DNA from: Dehalococcoidia bacterium
Lineage (GTDB): Bacteria > Chloroflexota > Dehalococcoidia > UBA2979
Reading direction: 5' to 3'
Length of the DNA: 64,000 bases
Assembly (NCBI GenBank): GCA_963667465.2
Contig: CAXXDN010000001.1
Span: 64,001-128,000 of the forward strand
The translations under genes and the position numbers were made by a program. Shown here in pieces: positions 1-9,660 of the stretch (the first letter of the stretch is position 1; each line of letters begins with the position of its first letter). A model generated the notes under the pieces. That model searched no databases. It was not told the origin of the DNA and saw only the letters and a list, made by a program, of their open reading frames with translations.

Positions 1-929
1 GCGACACCATCCACAAGGTCACCTACGAGGCCGGCTTCTACGAGAAGGACGGCAAGTTCACCGGCAGCCGCCAGATCCTCCAGATGGTCGAGACGCTGTT
101 CCGCAACCAGCGCCACGAGGTCGTCGCCAAGATGCTCGGCTGGCGCATGCGCACCGAGCGCGACGCGGCCCGCGAGCGCAAGTCCGTCTTCCGCGAGTCC
201 CGCGTCTGGAGCGACGAAGAGCTGGCAGAGATCGACGAGGCCTACGCGCGCGAGACCTGGCGCGGGCCGGAGCCCCGCTACTGGGAGGACGTGCAGATCG
301 GCGACAACCTCGGCGAGATGGTGCGCGGCCCCTTCCGCGTCACCGACGGCGTGGCCTGGGAGATGGGCTGGGGCGGCCCCTACGCCCGCACCGGCAAGTC
401 CGACCACGAGTTCCGCTCGCGCCACCCCGGCGCCTACACGCAGGACCCGCGAGGCGTCTGGGACGTCGTCGAGCGCGTCCACTGGGACGACGACTTCGCG
501 CGCGAGATCGGCGTGCCCGCCGCCTACGACTACGGCGCGCAGCGCGTCGGCTGGACCTGCAACTTCCTCACCAACTGGATGGGTGACGACGCCTGGCTGA
601 AGCGCATGTGGGTCCAGATCCGCAAGTTCAACATCCTCGGCGACCTCCAGACCTTCACCGGCGAGGTGATCGACAAGCGCATCGAGAACGGCGAGTACCA
701 GGTCGTCTGCGACTTCCAGGCGATCAACCAGCTGAACGAGATCACCACGCCGGGCCAGGCAATCATCCTGCTGCCCTCGCGCGAGGCGGGGAACCCGCAA
801 CTGCCGACCGGCAACCAGCCGCCCTACCCCACCTGGGAGGGCGACAAGAAGGTCGTGCCCGTCGGTCCGTCGCCGTTCCAGCCGGTCTCTTCGACGCACG
901 GCTTCCGCATGGTCGGGCTGCAGGAGTAG
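1..929 (+). CDS. MaoC/FAS1-like hot-dog-fold acyl dehydratase, 5' partial
   Basis: Frame is open from base 3 (DTIHKVTYEAG...), so the start lies upstream of the window. Motifs RYWEDVQIGD, HWDDDFAREIGVPAAYDYG and NWMGDDAW are typical of tandem MaoC proteins. Confidence 0.75.
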   Translation, partial: DTIHKVTYEAGFYEKDGKFTGSRQILQMVETLFRNQRHEVVAKMLGWRMRTERDAARERKSVFRESRVWSDEELAEIDEAYARETWRGPEPRYWEDVQIGDNLGEMVRGPFRVTDGVAWEMGWGGPYARTGKSDHEFRSRHPGAYTQDPRGVWDVVERVHWDDDFAREIGVPAAYDYGAQRVGWTCNFLTNWMGDDAWLKRMWVQIRKFNILGDLQTFTGEVIDKRIENGEYQVVCDFQAINQLNEITTPGQAIILLPSREAGNPQLPTGNQPPYPTWEGDKKVVPVGPSPFQPVSSTHGFRMVGLQE

Positions 930-939
930 GACCCCGGCC

Positions 940-3420
940 GTGAGCGAGCAGCTCGTCCCGGCGCCCGCCCTCCTCGAGGGCATCACGGCCGTCGAGTACG
1001 GCGAGAGCGCGGCGATCGGCTTCGCTGGTCGGCTACTCGCCGACCTCGGCGCGACGGTCACCAAGATCGAGCCACCCGCGGGCGACCGCACCCGCTTCGA
1101 GGGCTACACCTCGCCCGGCGCGGACGCCTCTGCCCTCTTCGCTTACGCCAACGCCGGCAAGCGGAGCGTCGTGCTCGACGACACAACGGCCGAGGGGCGC
1201 GACGAGCTGGCGAGGCTGCTCGCGAGCGCCGAGATCGTGATCGACGCACACGCGGCGAGCCACTGGCGCGAGCTCGGGCTGGACTTCGACGCGCTGCCGG
1301 GTAGCGGGCGTTGCCGCCTCGCGGTCTCGCTGACGCCGTTCGGGCGCTTCGGCGAACGCGCGGAGTGGGCGGCGACACACCTCACCAGCCACCACACGGG
1401 CGGTGAGTCCTACGCCTTCCCCGGCGGCCTCAGCTGGCTGCGCTACCCGGACCGCGAGCCGGTCCGCGTGCCCGGCCGCGTCGCCGAGTTCGACGCCGGC
1501 ACCGCAGCCGGCCTCACGATGCTCGGTTGGCTCGCCGGAGACCGCGCGGCGGCGGTGGTTGAGCTGAGCTGGCAGGAAGCGGCGATCGCACTGAGCCGCC
1601 AGGACATCGTGAAGTGGCCCAACGACGGCTTCATCGACAACCGCGCGACGCGCCAGATCCCCGTGCTCGGCCTCGTCGAGTGCCGCGACGGCTGGGTGGA
1701 GATCTACCCGTCCGAGCAGCACATGTGGGAGCGCCTCGTGCTCGCCGTCGGCGACCCGGAGTGGGCGCACACGCTCGGCGAGACAGCCGAGGACCGCATC
1801 AAGAACACAGGCGAGCTCAACGACCTCTTCGCCTTCTGGCTCAAGGAGCGCACCAAGTCCGAGGTCTACGAGGCCCTCCGCAAGGAGGGCGTGCCCGGCG
1901 GGCCCGTGCGCACAATGCAGGACATCTACGAGTCCGATCAGCTGCGCTTCCGCGACTTCTTCCACGGCGTCGCCTACCCCGACGGCGAGCTGCAGGACGT
2001 GCCCGGCCACCCCTACATCGTGCGCGAGGCGCACGGCGGCGCGGACGACCGCGCCTGGCGGCCGGGACCGCGTGGGGCCGCCGCGCCGTCGCTGGGCGCG
2101 GACACCGAGGAGACGCTCGCGGCCCTCGACAGCGAACGCGCTCCGGTGGTCCGCTCCGGCGCACCCGCGCCCGAGCAGACCGAGACCCCGGCGCGGCCGA
2201 TCGACTGGCTCAAGGGCAGGCGCGTCGTCGACCTCACCTGGTACCAGGCGGGACCCTACGGAAACATGATCCTCGCCTCACTCGGCGCCGAGGTCGTGAA
2301 GGTCGAGAGCCTCGGCCGCACCGACCCGTTCCGCAAGGCGCGGCGCCTCAAGACTGTCATGCTCGACGAGTTGAAGCACGGCGACTGGGTCGACACCGGC
2401 TACCGCTTCAACGAGGTCAACATGGGCAAGCAGAGCGTCCAGGTGGACCTCGGGCACGAGCGCGGCCGCGAGATCGTGCGCGAGCTGGTCGCCGGCGCCG
2501 ACGTGATCATCGAGAGCTTCCGGCCGGGCGCGGTGGCGCGGCTCGGGCTCGGCTTCGACCGGCTGATCGAGGTTAACCCGCGCATCGTCATGCTCTCGCT
2601 CTCGGCCAACGGCGAGACCGGGCCGGACGGCCACATGCCCGGCTACGCCGCCGTCTTCGGCGCGACCTCCGGCATGTCCGGCCTCAGCGGCTACGACGTG
2701 AGCACCCCCAGCGAGTACCGCGGCCCGCTCGACCAGCGCGTCGGCACCTCGGTCGCCCTCGCCGCGATCGTCGGGCTGATGGCGCGCGACCACTCGGACA
2801 GCGCCGTGCTGATCGACTTCGCCGCCTCCGAGGTGGGGACCACGCTGGTCGGCGACCAGCTGCTGGAGTGGCAGCTGCGCGGGACCGTCGACGAGCCGCT
2901 GGGCAACCATCACCCGGTGCTCGCGCCGCACAACTCGTACGAGTGCGAGGACAGCGACCGTCCCGGCTGGATCGTGCTCGCCGTCGAGCGCGACGCGCAG
3001 TGGCGGCGGCTCGCCGGGCACATCGGCGACTGGCGGCTGGACCCTGCCTGGGACCAGCAGGCGCGCAAGGCGCAGGAGCCCGCGATCGACGCGGCGATCG
3101 CCGACTGGGCGCGCGGCCGCGACCGCCACGAACTGGTCGCCGAGCTGCAGTCGCTCGGCGTTGCGGCCTCGCCGAGCATGAACGTGCGCGACCTCTACGA
3201 GGATTCGCACATCCGCCAGCGCGGCATGTGGACGCGCGTCGACCACGCCCGCCTCGGCAACATCGAGGTGCTCTCGATGCCCTGGCTGGTCAACGGCGCC
3301 CGCCCCGTGATGCACCCCGCGCCGGCGCTCGGCCAGCACAACGACTACGTCTACCGCGAGATCCTCGGCCTCACCCCCGAGGAGCAGGCCGCCCTCGCCG
3401 CCTCCGGGGTGGCGTACTAG
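940..3420 (+). CDS. Tandem-fused family III (CaiB/BaiF) CoA-transferase
   Basis: Two consecutive CaiB domains: LADLGATVTKIEPP...NAGKRSVVLD and LASLGAEVVKVE...NMGKQSVQVD...ESFRPG. Confidence 0.9.
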   Translation: MSEQLVPAPALLEGITAVEYGESAAIGFAGRLLADLGATVTKIEPPAGDRTRFEGYTSPGADASALFAYANAGKRSVVLDDTTAEGRDELARLLASAEIVIDAHAASHWRELGLDFDALPGSGRCRLAVSLTPFGRFGERAEWAATHLTSHHTGGESYAFPGGLSWLRYPDREPVRVPGRVAEFDAGTAAGLTMLGWLAGDRAAAVVELSWQEAAIALSRQDIVKWPNDGFIDNRATRQIPVLGLVECRDGWVEIYPSEQHMWERLVLAVGDPEWAHTLGETAEDRIKNTGELNDLFAFWLKERTKSEVYEALRKEGVPGGPVRTMQDIYESDQLRFRDFFHGVAYPDGELQDVPGHPYIVREAHGGADDRAWRPGPRGAAAPSLGADTEETLAALDSERAPVVRSGAPAPEQTETPARPIDWLKGRRVVDLTWYQAGPYGNMILASLGAEVVKVESLGRTDPFRKARRLKTVMLDELKHGDWVDTGYRFNEVNMGKQSVQVDLGHERGREIVRELVAGADVIIESFRPGAVARLGLGFDRLIEVNPRIVMLSLSANGETGPDGHMPGYAAVFGATSGMSGLSGYDVSTPSEYRGPLDQRVGTSVALAAIVGLMARDHSDSAVLIDFAASEVGTTLVGDQLLEWQLRGTVDEPLGNHHPVLAPHNSYECEDSDRPGWIVLAVERDAQWRRLAGHIGDWRLDPAWDQQARKAQEPAIDAAIADWARGRDRHELVAELQSLGVAASPSMNVRDLYEDSHIRQRGMWTRVDHARLGNIEVLSMPWLVNGARPVMHPAPALGQHNDYVYREILGLTPEEQAALAASGVAY

Positions 3421-3429
3421 GCTTCAGGT

Positions 3430-3684
3430 ATGGCAAACGCACCGCGCGACGAAGACGGCTACCTGCGCGCTGTCAGCGAGACGCTGACCGAGTGGAACTC
3501 GCCCGAGGACGAGGACGCCTGGCCTGACGAAGCGCCGGATACGCAGAGTGCTGCGCCGGAGCAGGAACCTCCGCCGCGCGCGGATCTCGCGCGCTCGATT
3601 CGCGACCGGTCTAAGTCCCTGGGTGGCACCGAACTGGACCTGCCGAACCGTGAACCGAAGTGCAAGCCTCCACAGCCCGACTGA
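3430..3684 (+). CDS. Small protein resembling fused antitoxin C-terminal fragments
   Basis: YLRAVSETLTEWNSPEDEDAW resembles AbrB/MazE-type antitoxin tails. DLARSIRDRSKSLGGTELDLPNREP resembles FitA-type tails. TAGGCT lies 6 nt before the ATG. Confidence 0.45.
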   Translation: MANAPRDEDGYLRAVSETLTEWNSPEDEDAWPDEAPDTQSAAPEQEPPPRADLARSIRDRSKSLGGTELDLPNREPKCKPPQPD

Positions 3685-3700
3685 TCGGGCAGCGGCGACC

Positions 3701-3727
3701 ACGCTCGATCCCAACGTGGTCTCGGGG
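3701..3727 (+). pseudogene. VapC/PIN toxin N-terminal remnant
   Basis: Translates TLDPNVVSG (cf. PIN N-terminal xLDTNVVSE), directly after the FitA-like tail. Confidence 0.35.
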
Positions 3728-3853
3728 AGCCACGAGAGCGTTCAGGACGATTGGAGGCCCTTCAGCCCGGAGAGCCCGCCTTGACACTGCCCTACAGGCT
3801 GCTCGGGCGTTCGAAGATTGCGGGTCGTTACGTCTGCTCGCTACCATGAGCCA

Positions 3854-4429
3854 GTGAGAATCGCTTGGACCTCCGGCATTGTCGGCATAGTGACTGCAGC
3901 CGTTAGCGGGCTTGCCGAGTATGTGCTTACGGGTGGAACGGCGACTTGGATTCCGTTGACGTCCGGCATGATAGGTGCCGTACTTGCACTCGCAGCAGGC
4001 ACCTTAGTTGCACCGCGTATTGGTGCCAGACCAGTAGAGCCTTACAGCCCTGTCGTTCAGGGAGAGCACTATACCCGGCGCACAGTTTCGGAGTTGGTGC
4101 GCGCGCTAGAAGGCAAGACATCAGTGGAGGGTGAGCACATTAGCGCGCTCCATGTCGATACGCGAATCGTGGTCAGCGGCAGCGTGAGTGACGTCAGAAG
4201 AAGCTATAGCACTCCGTCTAGCTGCACCGTCTCCATACGCGTTCCCCTAGGAGTGCTGAAGTTCTCCTGCTTCGCCCAAGCCGAATTTGACCAAGACCGG
4301 TCCGTCGGCGCACAAACGCTACAGGTGGGCGACCCAGTCCTGATCGATGGGCGGATCTCGTCGATCCATGGGCAGAGCGTTTTCTTGGAAGACTCTCGGC
4401 TCCTTCCGACGAATCAGCCCCAAGGGTAG
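3854..4429 (+). CDS. Two-TM membrane protein with C-terminal OB-fold-like domain
   Basis: Two hydrophobic helices, then IVVSGSVSDV...LQVGDPVLIDGRISSI. Visibly lower GC than flanks. TACCAT lies 6 nt before the GTG. Confidence 0.6.
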   Translation: MRIAWTSGIVGIVTAAVSGLAEYVLTGGTATWIPLTSGMIGAVLALAAGTLVAPRIGARPVEPYSPVVQGEHYTRRTVSELVRALEGKTSVEGEHISALHVDTRIVVSGSVSDVRRSYSTPSSCTVSIRVPLGVLKFSCFAQAEFDQDRSVGAQTLQVGDPVLIDGRISSIHGQSVFLEDSRLLPTNQPQG

Positions 4430-4472
4430 GTTCACTCCGCCCGTAGATGGCACGTGTTTGTCCTGATGGGTA

Positions 4473-5436
4473 TCAGCGCCCCGTCACATCCGGAGCACTC
4501 CGGATGCGCTCGACGTAGTCGGCGAGGCCGGCTTCGATGGTGTAGCGGGGGGCGAAGCCGAGCTCCTCGCGGATCAGGGTGTTGTCCATGAGCTGGCCGA
4601 CGTGGGCCGGGCGCTCGCTGACCTCGATGCGGGCGTCGGGGAGGAGACGGCGCAACTCGGCGGTGTAGTCGCCGATCGGGCGCTGCTCGGCGCGCATGTT
4701 GTAGGCACGGTGCGGCGGGTTCACGGCCATCAGCGCCAGCCACCACGCCTCGGCGGCGTCGGCGGCGTAGCACCAGTCCGCCAGCTGCGAGCCGGGAGGC
4801 ATGGTGATCGGCTCGCCGCGCACCGCCAGCTCGGCCAGCGCCATGTAGTGCGGCAGATCGCGCACGTGCACCAGCCCCGAGGCGCACGATCCTCGCCAGG
4901 CCCGGCCCAGCCCGAACACCGAGCAGGGCCGCAGGCTGACGATCTCCATGCCCGTGCTCGTCGTTGTAGACGTCGGCCAGGTGCTCGCTCCACAGCTTGC
5001 ACGCGCCGTAGAGGCTGTCCGGCCGCTTCGGGTCGTCCTCGCGCAGCGAGCTGGACTCGTGCGGACCGTAGACGGCGAGCGAGCTGGCGTTGACGACGCG
5101 CACGATGCCGTGCAGCCGCGCCGTCTCGAAGACGTTCGCGGTACCCATCGTCTGCACCCGCGCGTAGGGCACGATCTTCTCCGGCTCCGGCCCGCCCACG
5201 CCGAAGGCGAGATGCACCACCCGCTCGACGCGATGGCGGTCCAGCGCCGCCAGCAGTTCCTGCGGCTCCAGCACGTCGCCCTCGACAACCGTGACGCGGC
5301 CCTCGATGCCCTCGAGCTTGCGCAGGTCCGGGTAGCGGTCGAAGAGCACGACGTCCGCGACGCCCTTCTCAAGCAGCAGGTGGCGCGCGCGGCAGGAGCC
5401 GAGGAACCCGGTCCCGCCCGTGATCATGATCGACAT
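4473..5436 (-). pseudogene. NAD-dependent epimerase/dehydratase (extended SDR) with a +1 frameshift
   Basis: ITGGTGFLG and YGACK motifs are in one frame; the C-terminal MEIVSLRP... is in another. Removing one base at 4951-4953 joins them into 320 aa. Confidence 0.8.
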
Positions 5437-5553
5437 CGCGCACCTCCCGAGCGGGCCAACCTCGATACTCGCCCGCGAGGCGCTAAGATACCGGCGCGCC
5501 GCGCCTCAGGCCGCGCCGCGCCCTCGCGACCAGACGCGACCGCTGGAGGAACG

Positions 5554-6780
5554 ATGGACTGGGAAGACACGACAGAGCAGGCCACGTTCCGCTCCGAGGT
5601 GCGCCAGCTGATCGACGATCGCCTTCCAGAGTGGTATCGCGAGCGCACGCGCCTCGGCATCGAACACGGCCCCGAGGGCGGCTGGGTCGCCGACCGCGCC
5701 TCCGGCGATCCCGAGCGCACCTCAGCAGCGAACGAGTGGACCGAGGCGCTCGCCGAGCGCGGCTGGTTCGCCCCGCATTGGCCGAAGGAGTACGGCGGCG
5801 GCGGCCTCAGCGCGATGGAGCAGTTCATCTTCAAACAGGAGGTTGCCGAGGCGGCCGCACCCGATGTCGGCGGGCAGGGCGTGAGCATGCTCGGCCCGAC
5901 GATCATCGTGCACGGTTCCGAGGAGCAGAAGTCGGCCTACCTGTCGGGCATCCTCAGCGGCGAGATCCTCTGGGCGCAGGGCTACTCCGAGCCCGGCGCG
6001 GGCTCCGACCTCGCCTCGCTGGCCACGCGCGCCGTGCGCGACGGCGACGAGTTCGTGATCAACGGGCAGAAGATCTGGACGTCGAACGCCCACCACGCCG
6101 ACGCGCTGTTCGCCCTCGTGCGCACCGACCCCGACGCACCGAAGCACCGCGGCATCAGCTTCATGCTGATCGACGACATCCACACGCCGGGCCTCAGCGT
6201 CCGGCCGCTGATCAACATGGCCTGGGAGCACGGCTTCAACGAGACCTTCTTTGAGAACGTCCGCGTCCCCGCCAGCAACGTCCTCGGCGAGGAGAACCGC
6301 GGCTGGTACGTCGGCATGACGCTGCTCGACTTCGAGCGCTCGAACATCTCCGAGGCCGTCCGCATCCGCCGCTACATCCGCCGGCTGGTGCGCGACGCCA
6401 CCTCGGGGCCGGCGAGCGCCTACGCACGCCGCGCCGGCACGCTGCGCCACGAGGTGGCCGACCGCTTCATCGAGACGGAGGTCTGCCAGAACTTCTCGTT
6501 CCGCGTGATCTCGATCCAGAACGCCGGGCTGATCCCGAACTACGAGGCGTCGACCTCGCGCATGTTCATGGTGGAGCTGGACCAGCGCACGGCGCGCACT
6601 GGCGCCAAGGTGTTCGGGCTCTACTCGAACCTCTGGGACCCCGAGGACGAGCGAGCGCCCTCGATGGGCCTGTTCACGCTGCGCTACGTCACGACGATCT
6701 CGCGCACGATCGCCGGCGGTTCGTCCGAGATCCAGCGCACGATCATCGCCACGCGCGGCCTCGGACTGCCGCGCAGCTAG
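5554..6780 (+). CDS. Acyl-CoA dehydrogenase
   Basis: QGYSEPGAGSDLASL, INGQKIWTS and GGSSEIQR motifs; GGAGGA RBS before ATG 5554. Confidence 0.92.
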   Translation: MDWEDTTEQATFRSEVRQLIDDRLPEWYRERTRLGIEHGPEGGWVADRASGDPERTSAANEWTEALAERGWFAPHWPKEYGGGGLSAMEQFIFKQEVAEAAAPDVGGQGVSMLGPTIIVHGSEEQKSAYLSGILSGEILWAQGYSEPGAGSDLASLATRAVRDGDEFVINGQKIWTSNAHHADALFALVRTDPDAPKHRGISFMLIDDIHTPGLSVRPLINMAWEHGFNETFFENVRVPASNVLGEENRGWYVGMTLLDFERSNISEAVRIRRYIRRLVRDATSGPASAYARRAGTLRHEVADRFIETEVCQNFSFRVISIQNAGLIPNYEASTSRMFMVELDQRTARTGAKVFGLYSNLWDPEDERAPSMGLFTLRYVTTISRTIAGGSSEIQRTIIATRGLGLPRS

Positions 6781-6803
6781 CAAACCACCAGGAGTACCGC
6801 CCA

Positions 6804-7664
6804 ATGCCGTTCGTCGAGCGCCCCGACGGCGCACGCATCCACTACCAGACCTGGGGGCCGGAGGACGGCGCCACTCCGCTGCTGCTGATCGCGCCCGGCG
6901 GCGTGCGCTCCGAGATCGACTTCTGGCGCCGCGGCGACATCGACCCGACACGCGAATTCTCGGACGAGCGGCTGGTGATCGGCATGGACCAGCGCCACGC
7001 CGGAGACAGCTGCGAGGCGCCGCTGGAGTTCTCCTACGAGCTCGCGCTCGGCGACCAGCTCGCCGTCCTCGACGCGCTCGGCGTCGAGCGCGCGCACGTG
7101 ATGGGCGGCTGCATCGGCGTCGCCTACCTGCTGCGCATGATCCGCGAGGCTCCCGATCGGGTCGCCTCGGCGGTGGGGCAGAACCCCGTGGGCATCGACC
7201 ACACGAACTCGCGCGGGACGTTCATGGAGATGTTCCGCGAGACCGTCGAGCTCGCGCGCGCCGAGGGCATGGCGGCCGTCGTCGCGAGCGCCCTCGAAGA
7301 CCCGCAGTTCGTCACCAACAACGCGGGCGGCCCGTTCTCGCGTCGCATCGAGGTCGATCCCGCCTTCCGCGACGTGCTCGCGGCGATGCCGCCGGAGGAG
7401 TACGTCGCGACCGTCGGGCGCCTCGGCGATGCGTTCTGGCCGGACGATCCGCCCTACTTCACGGTCAGCGAGGAGTGGCTGCGCGGCTGCCCGGCGCCGC
7501 TGTTGATCCTGCCCGGCAGCGACGAGTTCCACCCCACCTCGATCGCCGAGCGCATCTGCGCCGAGGCCCCACACGCCCGTTGCCTCGCTGTGGACTGCCG
7601 ATCGCCGGCCAACCTCTCCGCCACCATCGAGGAGATCCGCGCCTTCCTCCGCGCGCACTCGTAG
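6804..7664 (+). CDS. Alpha/beta fold hydrolase
   Basis: MDQRHAG motif, nucleophile elbow GGCIG (Cys in place of Ser), D..H near the C-terminus; AGGAG RBS. Confidence 0.85.
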   Translation: MPFVERPDGARIHYQTWGPEDGATPLLLIAPGGVRSEIDFWRRGDIDPTREFSDERLVIGMDQRHAGDSCEAPLEFSYELALGDQLAVLDALGVERAHVMGGCIGVAYLLRMIREAPDRVASAVGQNPVGIDHTNSRGTFMEMFRETVELARAEGMAAVVASALEDPQFVTNNAGGPFSRRIEVDPAFRDVLAAMPPEEYVATVGRLGDAFWPDDPPYFTVSEEWLRGCPAPLLILPGSDEFHPTSIAERICAEAPHARCLAVDCRSPANLSATIEEIRAFLRAHS

Positions 7665-7685
7665 CGGCCGGCAGGCGCGTAGCGC

Positions 7686-8930
7686 ATGCGCCTGTTGATC
7701 ACTCCCGCCCGCCACTCGCTCGTCGCGAACACGCTGGAGTCGCTGCGCGCCTACCCGGACTTCCGCGCGCTCTGGTGGAGCACGCTGTTCGCGTGGAGCG
7801 CGTGGTGGGGGCTAAACGTCGTGCTCATCTGGCTGGCGTTCGATATCACGCGCTCGGAGTTCGCAGTCTCCGCGGCGGCGGCAGCCGGGTTGACGCCGAT
7901 GCTACTCGGGCCGGTCGGCGGCCTGCTCGCGGACCGACTCCACCGTCCACGCCTGCTCATCGGCGCACAGTCGCTCGGGCTCGCCACCGGGGTCACGATC
8001 GCCGCGCTCGTAACGCTGGAGCGGGCGGAGTACTGGCACGTCGTTGTGGCCACGGCGCTCCTCGGTCTGACCACGCAGCCGCTGATGCCGACACGGTTCA
8101 CGCTGACGATCGACCTCGTAGGCGAGCGACGCGTCTCGAGCGCGAACGCGGTCACGACCGCGGGGATGCTGGGCAGCCGCATGATCGTTCCCGCGGCGGC
8201 GGGTGCGCTGATCGCGACGTTCGGTGCGGATGTGGCGCTCTGGTTCTGCGCCGCCTGGTACCTGCCCGCATCGTGGCCCCTGCTCCGCATCAAGGACGCT
8301 CGCCGCGGTCCTCGCTCCGCCATGGCGGCGGCGCCGGCCGAGGTCTTGCACGGGTTCCGCTACGCCCTCACGAACCCCGCGCTGCGCGCCCTGCTGCTGG
8401 TCACAGTGCTGGCCAACATCCTCGGGTGGCCTGTGATCCTCGGCTTCCTCCCCATCTTCGCGGAGGAGATCTTCGAGGTCGGCGCCGCGGGGCTCGGCCT
8501 GATCGTCGCCGTCAACGGGCTCGGGGCGCTGGTCGCCGCCCTCGCGATCGCCTCCTGGGGGGACTTCCGCTGGAAGGGCCTGCTCTACCTGGTGGCGACG
8601 GTACTGTTCGGGCTGGGGCTCGCCGCGTTCGCGCTGAGTGGCGGGTTCGCACTCGCGCTGCTGCTCATCTTCTTCGCCGGCCTGGGGGGTTCGGGGTTCG
8701 GCGTGATGCAGAGCACCGTGACGATGCTGCTCGCGCCGGCCGACGCGCGCGGGCGCGTGCTCGGCGTGCTCATGGTTTCGATCGGCGTCCTGCCGGGCGC
8801 GATGCTTGTGCAGGGCGCGGCCGCGTCGGCGCTGGGCGTCGTGGCGACGACGGCGGCCTCGGGCCTGCTGCTCGCCGCCCTGACGATCGCCATCACCACC
8901 GTCTCGCCCGAGTTGCGGCGAGCCCACTGA
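7686..8930 (+). CDS. MFS transporter
   Basis: About 12 hydrophobic segments; GLLADRLHRPRL motif A. Confidence 0.9.
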   Translation: MRLLITPARHSLVANTLESLRAYPDFRALWWSTLFAWSAWWGLNVVLIWLAFDITRSEFAVSAAAAAGLTPMLLGPVGGLLADRLHRPRLLIGAQSLGLATGVTIAALVTLERAEYWHVVVATALLGLTTQPLMPTRFTLTIDLVGERRVSSANAVTTAGMLGSRMIVPAAAGALIATFGADVALWFCAAWYLPASWPLLRIKDARRGPRSAMAAAPAEVLHGFRYALTNPALRALLLVTVLANILGWPVILGFLPIFAEEIFEVGAAGLGLIVAVNGLGALVAALAIASWGDFRWKGLLYLVATVLFGLGLAAFALSGGFALALLLIFFAGLGGSGFGVMQSTVTMLLAPADARGRVLGVLMVSIGVLPGAMLVQGAAASALGVVATTAASGLLLAALTIAITTVSPELRRAH

Positions 8931-8957
8931 GGGCCGTCCGCGAGCGCCAGCCGGCCG

Positions 8958-9581
8958 CTACCCGATCGAGACGCCCCAGCGATCGACCGAGGCGACCTCG
9001 GCGAGCGGCTTGCGGGTGACCGGGCCGAAGTTGCCCTTCGGGTAGCCGAGCGGCACGGCGTAGACGATCTGCAGCTCCTCGGGAATCCCGAACAGCTCCT
9101 TCGCGCGCTCGTCGACGACGGCGTGCAGCGTCGTGATCGTGCCGCCGATGCCGATCGCGCGGGCGGCGAGCAGCAGGTTCTGCACCGCGGGAATCACCGA
9201 TGCCAGCGGGCCCGCTCCCTGCCCGGTCGCGCAGAGCAGCACGATCACCGGTGCCTCGGCGAACTCGTCTGCGAGCCGCATCGCCGAGACCAGCGTCCCG
9301 TTCGAGCGGTCGATGTCCTCGGGGCCGTGGATGCCCTGGTCGGCGCGCTTCGCCCACCACGCCTCGCGGTAGAGCGCGCCGAGCTGCCGCCGCAGCTTCG
9401 GGTCGCGCACCACGAGGAAGTGCCAGGGCTGGGCGTTGCCGCCGTTTGGCGCCTGGATCGCCGCCGTCAGGATGTCGCGCAGATCGTCCTCGGGGATCGC
9501 GTCGGGCTTGACGCGGCGGATCGCCCGCAGCGAGAAGATCGCCTCGCCGAGGCTGATCGGGAATCGTTCGCTCGGATCCAT
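8958..9581 (-). CDS. Nitroreductase family protein
   Basis: RAIRR, APNGGNAQPWHF and QNLLLAARAIGIG motifs. Confidence 0.9.
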   Translation of the reverse strand: MDPSERFPISLGEAIFSLRAIRRVKPDAIPEDDLRDILTAAIQAPNGGNAQPWHFLVVRDPKLRRQLGALYREAWWAKRADQGIHGPEDIDRSNGTLVSAMRLADEFAEAPVIVLLCATGQGAGPLASVIPAVQNLLLAARAIGIGGTITTLHAVVDERAKELFGIPEELQIVYAVPLGYPKGNFGPVTRKPLAEVASVDRWGVSIG

Positions 9582-9584
9582 CGT

Positions 9585-9656
9585 GGCCTCCTGTGTCGTC
9601 GCGGCCTCCTGTGTCGTCGCGGCCTCCTGTGTCGTCGCGGCCTCCTGTGTCGTCAC
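9585..9656 (-). repeat. 4 x 18-bp tandem repeat, each unit containing AGGAGG
   Basis: (ggcctcctgtgtcgtcgc)x4 on +, last unit with one mismatch; fills the gap between the HAD stop and the nitroreductase ATG. Confidence 0.95.
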
Positions 9657-9660
9657 GGCC

